Positions 16,222 to 25,750 of a stretch of 64,000 nt of DNA are shown piece by piece (within the stretch, counting starts at the first letter, position 1; every line of letters begins with the position of its first letter). The notes beneath the pieces are model-generated. The model saw only the letters and a list, made by a program, of their open reading frames with translations, was not told the origin of the DNA and ran no database searches. The position numbers were made by a program, and so were the translations under genes. Origin of the DNA: Limisphaerales bacterium (GTDB taxonomy: Bacteria > Verrucomicrobiota > Verrucomicrobiia > Limisphaerales > UBA1100); the NCBI GenBank assembly GCA_965659445.1, contig CBFHWX010000002.1, positions 9,243-73,242 on the forward strand. Reading direction: 5' to 3'.

Positions 16222-16599
16222 ATGATTGACGGCCTTTTTGCCAGCGCCAACTACCAAGGCGTGAAGAGAATGCTCGATGCCACTGTACTGCGGCAGGAGG
16301 CAATTGCTAGTAATTTAGCGAATGTGGAAACGCCACATTACAAGCGCGTGGACGTATCTCCGACCTTTGCTTCCGAGTTATCACAGGCCATCAGTTCAGG
16401 ATCGCCTGTGGCCGTGAGTGGCCTCAAGCCGACCATCGCCGTGGATGATAATGCCGTGGCCCAAAGCCGCGACGGCAACTCTGTGCAACTGGAGGAGGAA
16501 ATGATGCATTTGCAGAAGAATATGGTGGCTCATCACCTACAGACTCAAATGTTAACCGGTACTTTTGATAAACTGCGGGCCGCAATCAGGATGGGATAA
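16222..16599 (+). CDS. flgB: Proximal rod protein FlgB
   Basis: MIDGLFASANYQGVKRMLDATVLRQEAIASNLANVETPHYKRVDV is a FlgB-type N-terminus. The track start at 16168 (GTG) covers the promoter element and is unlikely. An alternative ATG lies at 16270. Confidence 0.9.
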   Translation: MIDGLFASANYQGVKRMLDATVLRQEAIASNLANVETPHYKRVDVSPTFASELSQAISSGSPVAVSGLKPTIAVDDNAVAQSRDGNSVQLEEEMMHLQKNMVAHHLQTQMLTGTFDKLRAAIRMG

Positions 16600-16611
16600 G
16601 GAGATTAATTG

Positions 16612-17043
16612 ATGTTGAATATAAACATAATGCCGGGAGCCGCCAGTGCCGCCTCTGCCTTGCAGGCAGAAAAAGTGCGCATGGAGGTTATTTCCCAAAA
16701 CATTGCCAACGCCAGTACAACCAGCACTCCCGAAGGCGGCCCCTACCGCCGTCAAGTCGTGCGGTTTGAAACGGTCATGGCCAATCAATTTGATCCCAAT
16801 AGCGCCGTGCAGGAAGTACGTGTAGCGGGCATTGAAAATGCCACCGGGGAGAGTCGTTTGATTTTTCAGCCAGGCCATCCGGATGCTGATAAGAGTACGG
16901 GCATGGTGAAATACCCGAACGTAAGTGTACACGAGGAGATGGCGGACCTGATAGCCTCATCTCGTGCCATGGAGGCTAACCTCACCATCATTCGCACCGC
17001 GCGGCAGATGGCAATGCAAACATTGTCCATCGGCAAAAAATAA
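16612..17043 (+). CDS. flgC: Rod protein FlgC
   Basis: Motifs SALQAEKVRMEVISQNIANASTT and YPNVSVHEEMADLIASSRAMEANL are present. AAGGAG lies 8 nt upstream of the ATG at 16612. Confidence 0.95.
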   Translation: MLNINIMPGAASAASALQAEKVRMEVISQNIANASTTSTPEGGPYRRQVVRFETVMANQFDPNSAVQEVRVAGIENATGESRLIFQPGHPDADKSTGMVKYPNVSVHEEMADLIASSRAMEANLTIIRTARQMAMQTLSIGKK

Positions 17044-17059
17044 ACGAGAACACTGAGCA

Positions 17060-17467
17060 ATGATCCCGGTCCAAATGAACTCAATGGCAACGCAGGGACT
17101 GGCGGACATGTACCGCCAGCAACGTGCCATTATGCAGCAGTCGCAGCAGGTAAGTGAAGCGGCTCGCACAGGGGATGTGGATGCCTTGCAGGGCACGCAG
17201 GCGGCTCAGGGCACACAGGCGGCTCAGGGCACACAGGCGGTGCAGGGTGTGGGCTTTGGTGATTTGCTCAATCAATTTGTAGGCGAGGTAAACGACAAGC
17301 AGATTGCCTCCGGTCAGGCGGTGAACGATCTGCTAGCCGGCAAGGATATTCCTCTGCATCAGGCGATGATCGCCATGCAGGAGGCCGGTGTTGCCTTCCA
17401 GTTGATGGTAGAGGTGCGCAACAAGCTACTGGAAGGATATAAGGAACTGATGCGCATGCAGGTTTAG
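17060..17467 (+). CDS. fliE: Hook-basal body protein FliE
   Basis: The C-terminal HQAMIAMQEAGVAFQLMVEVRNKLLEGYKELMRMQV is the FliE signature. Confidence 0.9.
   Translation: MIPVQMNSMATQGLADMYRQQRAIMQQSQQVSEAARTGDVDALQGTQAAQGTQAAQGTQAVQGVGFGDLLNQFVGEVNDKQIASGQAVNDLLAGKDIPLHQAMIAMQEAGVAFQLMVEVRNKLLEGYKELMRMQV
17192..17245 (+). repeat. 18-bp in-frame tandem repeat x3 inside fliE (GTQAAQ GTQAAQ GTQAVQ)
   Basis: The units are ggcacgcaggcggctcag, ggcacacaggcggctcag and ggcacacaggcggtgcag, read directly from the sequence. Confidence 0.9.
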
Positions 17468-17504
17468 TGTGAACTTATTTTTGTAACCCCAACAAACTGA
17501 GACG

Positions 17505-19424
17505 ATGGAAAAATTAAAAGCATTAGGCGTGCAACTGCTGACCATATGGCAGCAACTGGGCGTGAACCAGAAAGTGACCGTGGCCGCCTCCGGCATGCTG
17601 GTTGCCGGTACACTGGCGGCGGTGGTATTTTTCACCAGTCGCACGGATTTCGCCCTGTTGTACGGTGGAATGGATCCGAAAGATGCCGGTCAAGTGGTTG
17701 CTGTTTTGGAGGAGGCAAGCATTCCTTACGAGGCAGGTGCCGGAGGTACCAGTATCCGTGTGCCGCGTGAACAGGTGCACAAGTTGCGCATGACGCTCGC
17801 GCGCCAAGGTTTGCCCAAGGCCTCCGGTCAAGGAATAGGTTATGAGATTTTTGACGAAAAAAACACAATCAGTATGTCTGACTTTGTCCAGCAGGTGAAT
17901 AAGAAGCGTGCAATTCAGGGCGAACTCGCCCGTAGCATCTCTATGATAGCCGGTGTGGAAAGCGCTCATGTGATGGTGGTGATGCCCGAGACACGGCTGA
18001 TTATCGATGATTCACGCAAGCCAACCGCCGCGGTGCGGCTGAATCTCCGGCAGGAAGGGATGCTCCGCAAGGAGGCCGTCAATTCCATTCGTTTTTTGGT
18101 GGCCAATTCCGTGCCCGGCTTAAGTCATGGTAATGTTTCGGTGGCCGATAATTTTGGTAATGTCTTAGCCGCCAATGATGAAGCTGGTTCTTTTACTGGA
18201 ATGTCGGACAAGCGCTTGGAGGCGCAGGCAAATCTGGAAAAATATCTCGCGCACAAGGTGGAGACGATGCTCACCAGCGTGCTTGGCCCGGACCAGGTGC
18301 GTGTGGAAGTGGGCGCGGAGATTGATCATGATCAGATCACCCATATGACCGAGAAATACGATCCGGATGGGTCAGTGACCAACACCGTCACGGAGAAAAT
18401 TGAAATCAACGGTAGCGCCCGCCCGAGCCCCGGTGGGGTGCCGGGCACGCCTGCCAACACGAACGTGAGCGATGCCAACGGCACGGGCGGCGGTTTGACT
18501 CCCAACAATCAGGACAAGCGCGAAAAGATTTATTCCATGAATAATAGCCGTTCCACCACCAACGTGGTGAAAGCTGCTGGGACCGTGAAGCGAGTCACCG
18601 CCTCGGTGCTGGTGAATGCCGGCACTGATCCGCGCGACAACGCCGCGATGACTCAGCTAACGAATATTGTCCAGAACGCCCTGGGCCTTCATATGGAGGA
18701 CAGCACAACCCGCAAGGATAAAATCATCGTGGCGGAGATGCCCTTCAATCGAGAGCATATCGTTGCGGCTCAAGCACAACTTTCCTCGGCGGCTACCAAA
18801 AGCATGATCAGTGACATTTTACGCAATGCACTTTACGTTTTGCTGGGTGCAGGCGCATTATGGGCCTTTGTGAGGCTGGTGAAAGGCACCAAGGACGAAG
18901 TGATCCAAACCGGCGTGCCGGTGGGTCAATTGCTTGCTGGAGCGCCAATGATGGCTGCGCCGGCAGGAGCCTCCGCCGTTAGTGCAGCCGCCGCTGCTGC
19001 GCCCGGAATAGCACAGCCAGCCGCCAGCAGAATAACCACTGCCGATGCCGACGCGCAGATGGCGATCTCGGCCAATACATTAGAAGAAATTGAAGCAGCC
19101 TTGAAGGATCCGTCCAAACTAACAACCGCTGAAATCGAACAGCTTATGGCTCGTCGCAAGGAAGAACGTGAGCGCCGCAAGATGCTTGAGGCCATGGCTG
19201 AAGACGAGGATGAGGATGATGTTGAGGTAGTCGAGGAGGCGAAGCAGAAGCTGCTCATGGACTTCGGCCTTGGCAAGAAACAGCCTGAGCGCGTGAACCT
19301 TGAGGTGTTGCGCGACATGATCACGAAAAACCCAGAATCTATGGCGGTGGCAGCTCGTCGCTGGCTTGGTCAGAAGTCAGGCACGGAAGGAGATTCAGGC
19401 CCGGGGGATGATTCTGGAGCATAA
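17505..19424 (+). CDS. fliF: MS-ring protein FliF
   Basis: 639 aa. The N-terminal TM is followed by LYGGMDPKDAGQVVAVLEEASIPYE. A second TM lies near residue 460. The C-terminus is acidic, consistent with FliG binding. Confidence 0.95.
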   Translation: MEKLKALGVQLLTIWQQLGVNQKVTVAASGMLVAGTLAAVVFFTSRTDFALLYGGMDPKDAGQVVAVLEEASIPYEAGAGGTSIRVPREQVHKLRMTLARQGLPKASGQGIGYEIFDEKNTISMSDFVQQVNKKRAIQGELARSISMIAGVESAHVMVVMPETRLIIDDSRKPTAAVRLNLRQEGMLRKEAVNSIRFLVANSVPGLSHGNVSVADNFGNVLAANDEAGSFTGMSDKRLEAQANLEKYLAHKVETMLTSVLGPDQVRVEVGAEIDHDQITHMTEKYDPDGSVTNTVTEKIEINGSARPSPGGVPGTPANTNVSDANGTGGGLTPNNQDKREKIYSMNNSRSTTNVVKAAGTVKRVTASVLVNAGTDPRDNAAMTQLTNIVQNALGLHMEDSTTRKDKIIVAEMPFNREHIVAAQAQLSSAATKSMISDILRNALYVLLGAGALWAFVRLVKGTKDEVIQTGVPVGQLLAGAPMMAAPAGASAVSAAAAAAPGIAQPAASRITTADADAQMAISANTLEEIEAALKDPSKLTTAEIEQLMARRKEERERRKMLEAMAEDEDEDDVEVVEEAKQKLLMDFGLGKKQPERVNLEVLRDMITKNPESMAVAARRWLGQKSGTEGDSGPGDDSGA

Positions 19425-19447
19425 GCATGATTTTGGAGGAATGACGC

Positions 19448-20470
19448 ATGGCTGAAGCACGCGGAAATAAGAAAGCAACGGAGCCGCAGGATAAACTGGC
19501 CCCATCCCAAAAGCTGGCGGCTTTCCTCGTCATCATGGGCGAGGACTCTGCGGCGGAAATCATCAAGAAATTTGATGACAATGAGCGTGAGCTCATTTGT
19601 GCAGAAATGGCGAACCTGCCATTGCTCGACGCTGCCGATCAGGGCGCGGTACTTCAGGAGTTCACCATCATGGCCGTGGAAGCCCAGAGCGCTGTGAGCG
19701 GTTCCGTGGATTTCACCCGGAAGGTGCTGGAAAAATCTGTGGGCTTATTCAAGGCGGCCGAGATCATTGGCCGTGTGGGTACTGCGCGGACCAGCGTGGC
19801 CACCATGCAGCAGATTATCGACCTGGATGCAGTCTCCATATGTAATTTACTGAGGGAAGAGGATGCGCAGACGATCGCCTTGGTCGTCAGTTATCTTTCT
19901 GCGGCGAAAGGTTCGGAAGTGCTAATGAGCCTTCCGGATAAAGTGCGCGAAGTCGTGATTGAAAAACTTGCCACCCTTGAGTCCACGCCGATTGAGGTGG
20001 TGGAGACGCTCGGCGAGGTGTTATCTGCGAAGGTGGGTAAACGCGTCAGCCGCGCCCTGAACCAAACCGGTGGTGAGAAATCCGCTGCCGCTGTGCTCAA
20101 TGCTATGCACAAGGACGAGCGCAAGAAGCTACTCGATAATATGGACGAGCGTGCTCCGGAGCTAGTGCGCTCCATACGCATGAAGATGTTTACCTTTGAG
20201 GACCTGCAGCAGCTCGATGTCAAGACGATGCAAAAGATCATGCGCGAAGTGGATGCCAGCAAGCTGGCCGTGGCCCTCAGCGCCGCCCCAGGAGAGCTGC
20301 AGGATGCGATGCTCGGCGCTCTTTCCAAGCGTGCTGCGGAAAACGTTGTGGATGAGATCGAAAACATGGGCAAAGTTTCACTGCGCGAAGTCGAGACCAA
20401 CCAAAACTCTATTATCGACGTGGTGCGCCAGCTCGAATCCGAAGGGGAAATCTCACTGGAAGCGGAATAA
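19448..20470 (+). CDS. fliG: Rotor/switch protein FliG
   Basis: 340 aa with LAAFLVIMGEDSAAEIIKKF, MFTFEDLQQLDVKTMQKIMREV and EVETNQNSIIDVVRQLESEGEI. Confidence 0.95.
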   Translation: MAEARGNKKATEPQDKLAPSQKLAAFLVIMGEDSAAEIIKKFDDNERELICAEMANLPLLDAADQGAVLQEFTIMAVEAQSAVSGSVDFTRKVLEKSVGLFKAAEIIGRVGTARTSVATMQQIIDLDAVSICNLLREEDAQTIALVVSYLSAAKGSEVLMSLPDKVREVVIEKLATLESTPIEVVETLGEVLSAKVGKRVSRALNQTGGEKSAAAVLNAMHKDERKKLLDNMDERAPELVRSIRMKMFTFEDLQQLDVKTMQKIMREVDASKLAVALSAAPGELQDAMLGALSKRAAENVVDEIENMGKVSLREVETNQNSIIDVVRQLESEGEISLEAE

Positions 20471-20473
20471 TTT

Positions 20474-21127
20474 ATGGTCAAGGCAATCGACAACATCATT
20501 ACCGGCGCGCCTCTGCGCGATATTCGCTTGGCCATCGGTCCTGCCGAGGCTCTGCTACAGGATTCTGACCGCCCAGAGGAGTCCGCTGCGTTGTCGCTGG
20601 AAGACCAACTTCACGAAAGCGAGGAACGAGGCTACAGTCGCGGACGCGACGAGACCGTTGTGAAGTACGAGGAGAAACTGCAGGCCCTGCGCCAGGAGCT
20701 GGAGGAAACCCAGCACAAAACCGTGGGGGAAAGATTGGACACGCTTGAAAACAACGTGCAGGAACAGGTGCAGAAACGCTTGCGCGAACTGGAAGGAGAG
20801 CTGGTTGAATTCGCCGCAGAAGCCGCCATTCGATTGGTGAACGACCTGCCCATCAGTACCGAGATTCTTGAGGCATCCATTTTGGATGCGCTGAAACATT
20901 GCGAAAATGATATCGAGGTGTCCGTGCACTTGAATCCGGCGGACTTAAAGATGCTCAAGGAAAGCGAATCTGAACTACTCTCCGATTCCCCGCATCAGCG
21001 TCGGGTGAGATACCTAAAGGATGAGGAAGTTTCGCGTGGTGGCTGTCTCGTGGAAACCCGTTGCGGCGTCATTGATGGTCGTCGCGAAACCCGTGAAAAA
21101 CTACTGATGGAAACGGTGAAGGCATGA
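20474..21127 (+). CDS. fliH: Export apparatus regulator FliH
   Basis: 217 aa with a coiled-coil middle and a C-terminal GGCLVETRCGVIDGRRETREKLL. Its stop overlaps the fliI start (ATGA). Confidence 0.8.
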   Translation: MVKAIDNIITGAPLRDIRLAIGPAEALLQDSDRPEESAALSLEDQLHESEERGYSRGRDETVVKYEEKLQALRQELEETQHKTVGERLDTLENNVQEQVQKRLRELEGELVEFAAEAAIRLVNDLPISTEILEASILDALKHCENDIEVSVHLNPADLKMLKESESELLSDSPHQRRVRYLKDEEVSRGGCLVETRCGVIDGRRETREKLLMETVKA

Positions 21128-22560
21128 TTGCCAAGGATATAATCGAAAACCCGCGCAGTACCGTCAAGCCCGGACTGGCTCAGGCGCGTTCGCGCCTTTC
21201 CGGCACACGCCTTGTGCAAAACCGAGGGCGTGTAACGCAGATGATCGGGTTGGTGATCGAGTCGCAGGGACCGATGGCGTCGGTGGGCGAAATTTGTCGC
21301 ATCGAGTCACAAGTCACCGGCACAACAACCAAGGCTGAGGTGGTGGGGTTTCGGGATCGTAATTTACTGCTGATGCCATTGGGTGATGTGCAGGGAATTT
21401 GCCCCGGCAGTGAAGTGGTGGCTACTGGTCAATCACTTCGCGTGCCGGTTGGCGAGGAATTGCTCGGCCGTGTGATTGACGGCATGGGTCAACCTCTGGA
21501 TGAACTGGGCGCCATCCCCAAGCAGCCGCTGGCTGAGTTGGATCTCAGCATGCCGCATCCACTCAAGCGTGAGCGTATTACCGAAACGTTTGAGACTGGC
21601 ATCAAGGCAATAGACACCTTTACCCCGTTGGGCCGCGGTCAGCGCCTGGGCATTTTTGCCGGTAGTGGTGTGGGCAAATCCACGCTCATGGGCATGATGG
21701 CCAGCAAGGCTGAGGCCGATGTGAATGTGATTGCCTTGATCGGCGAACGGGGCCGAGAGGTGCGTGAATTTTTGGAGTGCGATCTCGATGAGGAAGGCCG
21801 TCGAAAATCGGTAGTAGTAGTGGCCGCCTCCAACGAACCTGCGTTGACCAGAGTGAAAGGCACATTTCTGGCGATGACCATTGCTGAGCATTTCCGTTCA
21901 CAAGGAAAGAATGTCCTGTTGATGATGGATTCAATCACCCGTTTTGCCATGGCGCAGCGTGAGATTGGCTTGGCCATCGGGGAACCGCCGAGCTCACGTG
22001 GCTATACCCCATCGGTTTTTTCACTGCTGCCGCAACTGTTGGAACGTGCCGGAAATAATGAGCACGGTTCCATTACGGGCTTTTTCAATGTGCTGGTGGA
22101 GGGCGATGACATGAACGATCCCGTGGCTGACGCTTCGCGCTCCGTGTTGGACGGTCACCTTGTGCTTTCCCGGGAATTGGCCACGCAAAACCAATACCCG
22201 GCCATCGACGTGTTGGAAAGTGTGAGCCGCTTGGCGCCCGATCTGCTTTCGACGGAGGATTGCCAGCTCATGGGATCGGCCCGCGAATGCATGGCGGTCT
22301 ATCGCAAGAGTTGCGATTTGGTTTCCATCGGTGCCTATCAGGCAGGAACTAATCCGCAGATTGACCGGGCAATTCAGCTGCACGAGCCGATTAATGGATT
22401 TTTAAAGCAGAACGTTGACGAAACATGCGGCCACGATGCCAGTTGGCAGGCGCTGCGCGAGATCATGCAAGGCGCTGAGGCTGCGGAGAATGTGCCAGCC
22501 CATCAGGATTCACCGATGCAGCAATCCGGGCTGCCACAAACAGATAACCTAATGCCATGA
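21124..22560 (+). CDS. fliI: Flagellar export ATPase FliI
   Basis: The Walker A motif is GSGVGKST and the Walker B region is VLLMMDSITRFAMAQREI. The architecture is F1/T3SS-ATPase-like. Confidence 0.95.
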   Translation: MIAKDIIENPRSTVKPGLAQARSRLSGTRLVQNRGRVTQMIGLVIESQGPMASVGEICRIESQVTGTTTKAEVVGFRDRNLLLMPLGDVQGICPGSEVVATGQSLRVPVGEELLGRVIDGMGQPLDELGAIPKQPLAELDLSMPHPLKRERITETFETGIKAIDTFTPLGRGQRLGIFAGSGVGKSTLMGMMASKAEADVNVIALIGERGREVREFLECDLDEEGRRKSVVVVAASNEPALTRVKGTFLAMTIAEHFRSQGKNVLLMMDSITRFAMAQREIGLAIGEPPSSRGYTPSVFSLLPQLLERAGNNEHGSITGFFNVLVEGDDMNDPVADASRSVLDGHLVLSRELATQNQYPAIDVLESVSRLAPDLLSTEDCQLMGSARECMAVYRKSCDLVSIGAYQAGTNPQIDRAIQLHEPINGFLKQNVDETCGHDASWQALREIMQGAEAAENVPAHQDSPMQQSGLPQTDNLMP

Positions 22561-23012
22561 AACCCTTTCAATTTTCGCTAAACACCGTGCTGGATGTGCG
22601 TTCCAATGAGGAACAAATCGCAAGTGAGGCCTATGCAGTCGCGCAGGAGGCGTTGGAGGCAATCTTGATGCAGCGCCGCTTGGTGGAACAGGCGATTGAA
22701 AGCAACTTGTCCGCTTGCCGTCAGGCGTTTGATGGCCAGGTGAAGTCAGGCACCATTGCGCAATTGCAATCGGCTCTCCGCGAATTGCGCGCGCAACTCG
22801 AGATGCTGGAGCCGGAGGTACAGCGCTTGCAGGAGGAGGCGGACGCCAAGTGGCAGGTCCAGCTTCAGGCTCGTCAGCGACGCGAGGCTTTGGATAAATT
22901 AAAAGAGAAACAACATGCGGCGCATCTCAAGGAAGGGGCGCGCACCGAGCAAAAGGCCATTGATGAGATGGTGCTACTGCGGGTTGCGGCCGGCCATAAT
23001 CAGAAATTATAA
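22557..23012 (+). CDS. fliJ: Export chaperone/stalk protein FliJ
   Basis: 151-aa coiled-coil protein, overlapping the fliI stop (ATGA). Position and composition are typical of FliJ. Confidence 0.75.
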   Translation: MKPFQFSLNTVLDVRSNEEQIASEAYAVAQEALEAILMQRRLVEQAIESNLSACRQAFDGQVKSGTIAQLQSALRELRAQLEMLEPEVQRLQEEADAKWQVQLQARQRREALDKLKEKQHAAHLKEGARTEQKAIDEMVLLRVAAGHNQKL

Positions 23013-23018
23013 CGACCG

Positions 23019-23846
23019 ATGAAAAAGATATTTAGTTCACGTTGGATTCCCGTGCTGGTGGGCGGGATGTTGTTTATGGGTACCCTGGTCGCCCTCATGT
23101 TTGTGACCATAAACATGATTAAAAAGGACGAAGAGATTGATAAGTTGGTCGGGGACTTGGAAGTTGCGAAATTGAAGAAGGAACAGCAGGCCGATATCAA
23201 TGGCACCAACAAGCTCCCGACGTTAATGGATGCTGTCAAAACAGATGATCAGGAACAACATGATGCGGGGGAAGAGGAACGGACCGCGGTTGTTGACAAT
23301 TCTTTCAAGACAATTAACGACATTTCCGATCCGGGTGAGCTAAAATTTAACAATCCTGCACTACCCCCGTTAATGGAAGCCTTGGCTCAGCAACGTGATT
23401 ACCTGCGCAATCGTGAGCGGAATTTGATCGAGTTGGAGGTGCACATCGACGAGCAACTACAGGAACTTCACTGGCAGACCAACCGCCTCACACGCAGCCA
23501 GGCAGAGTTGGATAAGCTGTTTGAAAATCGTGTCACTTTCATCAAGCAACAGGAAGTCGAGCAGTTGAAAAATCTGGCTCGTATTTACGAGAGCATGATG
23601 GGGCCGGACCAGCCAGACCCCGGCCCGGCAATCCAAGCATACTTGAAAGCCAATCAGTCGTTGGATCCAACTCTGAACGCCAAGATTTTTCATTTCATCA
23701 CGCCCACCAATCAAGCCCGGATCATCAACGAGCTGGTTGTGGGTGAAGGTGCGGATGTGCCGCTTTATCAGGATATTATTAGGAGCATCCGGAACACAGT
23801 GCCCTCTCCGGATCTAACACCTCCTGCTCCAACACCGACACCATAA
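23019..23846 (+). CDS. Membrane-anchored coiled-coil protein, YlxF/MotE-like by position
   Basis: 275 aa with an N-terminal TM (IPVLVGGMLFMGTLVALMFVTI), a coiled coil and a C-terminal NAKIFHFITPTNQARIINEL. It occupies the fliJ-X-fliK slot, as ylxF does in Bacillus-type operons. Confidence 0.5.
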   Translation: MKKIFSSRWIPVLVGGMLFMGTLVALMFVTINMIKKDEEIDKLVGDLEVAKLKKEQQADINGTNKLPTLMDAVKTDDQEQHDAGEEERTAVVDNSFKTINDISDPGELKFNNPALPPLMEALAQQRDYLRNRERNLIELEVHIDEQLQELHWQTNRLTRSQAELDKLFENRVTFIKQQEVEQLKNLARIYESMMGPDQPDPGPAIQAYLKANQSLDPTLNAKIFHFITPTNQARIINELVVGEGADVPLYQDIIRSIRNTVPSPDLTPPAPTPTP

Positions 23847-23848
23847 CC

Positions 23849-25288
23849 ATGACTCCGATTTTACAAACTACACCCACTCCCAAGTCGCAGGATCCAATCA
23901 TGAACCTAGCGCCCAAGGCGAGGGAAGTTGAGGATAACCCCCACTTTGACAAGGTCTTTGAACAAACCACGCAAGAAGAAGCTCAGGAAAAAGAAGCTCG
24001 GAAAAATAAGGAAAATGAAAAACAAGAGAAGGGTCCCGGTTCGACGGCACACGAAACAGTATCAGATCGCACCAACGACAAGCTGAAAGCCAGGATACTC
24101 TGTTTTGAAAAAGCTCGGAAACCAATCACGGGTGAAGTTCGCGAAAATCATACTGCAAAGTCCGCCAAAATTGGCCAAGCCAAAATCGATGTGGTTGAAT
24201 CTGACAATGCAACCAAGGCTAAAAGGTCGGAGCTTCAATCAGCCGAGACTATTGAAGCGAAAAAATCCAGCAAGGTGACGGCTCAAAAACAGACGGTGGA
24301 TTCCGATCAGACGAAGGGCTTTCCACGGGAAAAAATTTCTAATGAACAAAAAGCTCAAGGAGATTTGAAACAGAAACAATTGAGACAAGCGGCCAAGGCT
24401 AAAGCGCAGAAAGAAGCACGACAGGAACTTAAATTGGAGGATAAAGCCAAAGCCGCGGAATTACGCACCCGAAACGCTCCGGCCAAGGTTTTGGTAAGCA
24501 ATTTGCAGAACGCGACAAAAACGACGGTTCAAGCTCAAAATTCTACGGTGAGTGAAAGAGAAACTTCAAACGGCACACAAGTTGCTGTGAACAGTGACAA
24601 GATGGTCATGCAGGCAAAGCAATCCGCCCCGAATGAGGCGTCGAAACCCGCCTTGGTGGAGGAGCTCCGCCCGGCTACGTCTGCCGAGATGTCCAGCCAA
24701 GCCGGTAATCAACAGCAGGATTTGCCGCGTGAAGAGGCCAAGGAAAACACTTTACCCCCCGCTCCCGTAGTGGCCGTGACTTCGGCTGCCACCGGTACGG
24801 CCGTCCAGGCATTTACTCCTTCAGCGGGTGTCATCACTCCGCTGATGGAAAAGATTTGGAATGCCGTTTCCACTTTTCGCGCCCGAGGTGGAGATGAGTT
24901 GGTGGTGAAGCTGCAACCGGACAGCAAAACCGAGATCCAACTCACCATCAAATATGGTAATGCTGGTGTGGAGATTCAGGCCCGCATGCAGCAGGGTGGT
25001 AGTCAGCAACTGGCCTCAGGCTGGAGTGAATTACAACAGTCACTGACTGATCGCGGCGTGAGCTTGGGCGACCTAGCTCGGGAGCGTTCGGCTGAGTCGG
25101 ATTTTGAACAAACTGCGCGTAATTTTGATAAAAACAACCAAAACCAAGCCGAAAACAAGGATCTGAACATCGGCGATGATCAAGAGGATTGGTCGACTTT
25201 GGGAATGAAACCGAAAGTGGAAAATACGACCCAGACCCGCCGCGAAAAGGCACTGCCCGTGCACGACGGCTGGCAAAGCTGGGCCTAA
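23849..25288 (+). CDS. fliK: Hook-length control protein FliK
   Basis: 479 aa. The N-terminal region is Lys/Gln/Glu-rich and looks disordered. The C-terminal Flg_hook-type domain reads DELVVKLQPDSKTEIQLTIKYGNAGVEIQARMQQGGSQQLASGWSELQQSLTDRGVSLG. Confidence 0.8.
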   Translation: MTPILQTTPTPKSQDPIMNLAPKAREVEDNPHFDKVFEQTTQEEAQEKEARKNKENEKQEKGPGSTAHETVSDRTNDKLKARILCFEKARKPITGEVRENHTAKSAKIGQAKIDVVESDNATKAKRSELQSAETIEAKKSSKVTAQKQTVDSDQTKGFPREKISNEQKAQGDLKQKQLRQAAKAKAQKEARQELKLEDKAKAAELRTRNAPAKVLVSNLQNATKTTVQAQNSTVSERETSNGTQVAVNSDKMVMQAKQSAPNEASKPALVEELRPATSAEMSSQAGNQQQDLPREEAKENTLPPAPVVAVTSAATGTAVQAFTPSAGVITPLMEKIWNAVSTFRARGGDELVVKLQPDSKTEIQLTIKYGNAGVEIQARMQQGGSQQLASGWSELQQSLTDRGVSLGDLARERSAESDFEQTARNFDKNNQNQAENKDLNIGDDQEDWSTLGMKPKVENTTQTRREKALPVHDGWQSWA

Positions 25289-25300
25289 GTAGGACAACCC

Positions 25301-25729
25301 ATGATTACTGAAGCACAAAGTGTCAACGCATTCACCGGTGCCGCGCCGGATAAACTGGAACGGTTGCCCATGAAGACACTCGGCCAGAATGAATTTTTAG
25401 AGCTGCTCGTCACCCAAATGCGCAATCAGGACCCGATGAAGCCGGTGGCTGACACCGAGTTTATCGCGCAGATGGCACAGTTTAGCAACCTAGAGCAGAC
25501 CAAGGAAATGAGCAGCGACATTTCGCAGCTCCGCCAAAGCGGCGCCTTCACACAGGCCGCGGCCTTAATGGGTAAGCAGGTGAGCCTGCTCTCAGGCGAA
25601 AATACTTTTACGAAGGGAATCGTGACGGACCTCGCAGTCAAGGATGGCGAAGTGAGACTCATCATAAACGGCAAGCCCTACGAACTGGGCCAAGTTGTTT
25701 CGGTGAACTCGGAGGAAACCATAAACTAA
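25301..25729 (+). CDS. flgD: Hook cap/scaffold protein FlgD
   Basis: LGQNEFLELLVTQMRNQDPMKPVADTEFIAQMAQFSNLEQ is the FlgD signature. Confidence 0.9.
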   Translation: MITEAQSVNAFTGAAPDKLERLPMKTLGQNEFLELLVTQMRNQDPMKPVADTEFIAQMAQFSNLEQTKEMSSDISQLRQSGAFTQAAALMGKQVSLLSGENTFTKGIVTDLAVKDGEVRLIINGKPYELGQVVSVNSEETIN

Positions 25730-25750
25730 ACCGCAAAAAACTGACAAGTC

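Noticed and set aside
18144-18151. GCCGATAA, the sigma-28 -10 consensus, occurs inside fliF.
   Set aside because: No TAAA -35 box lies at the required 15-nt spacing. It is deep within a coding region (VADNFG) with no downstream gene start. This is most likely a chance occurrence.
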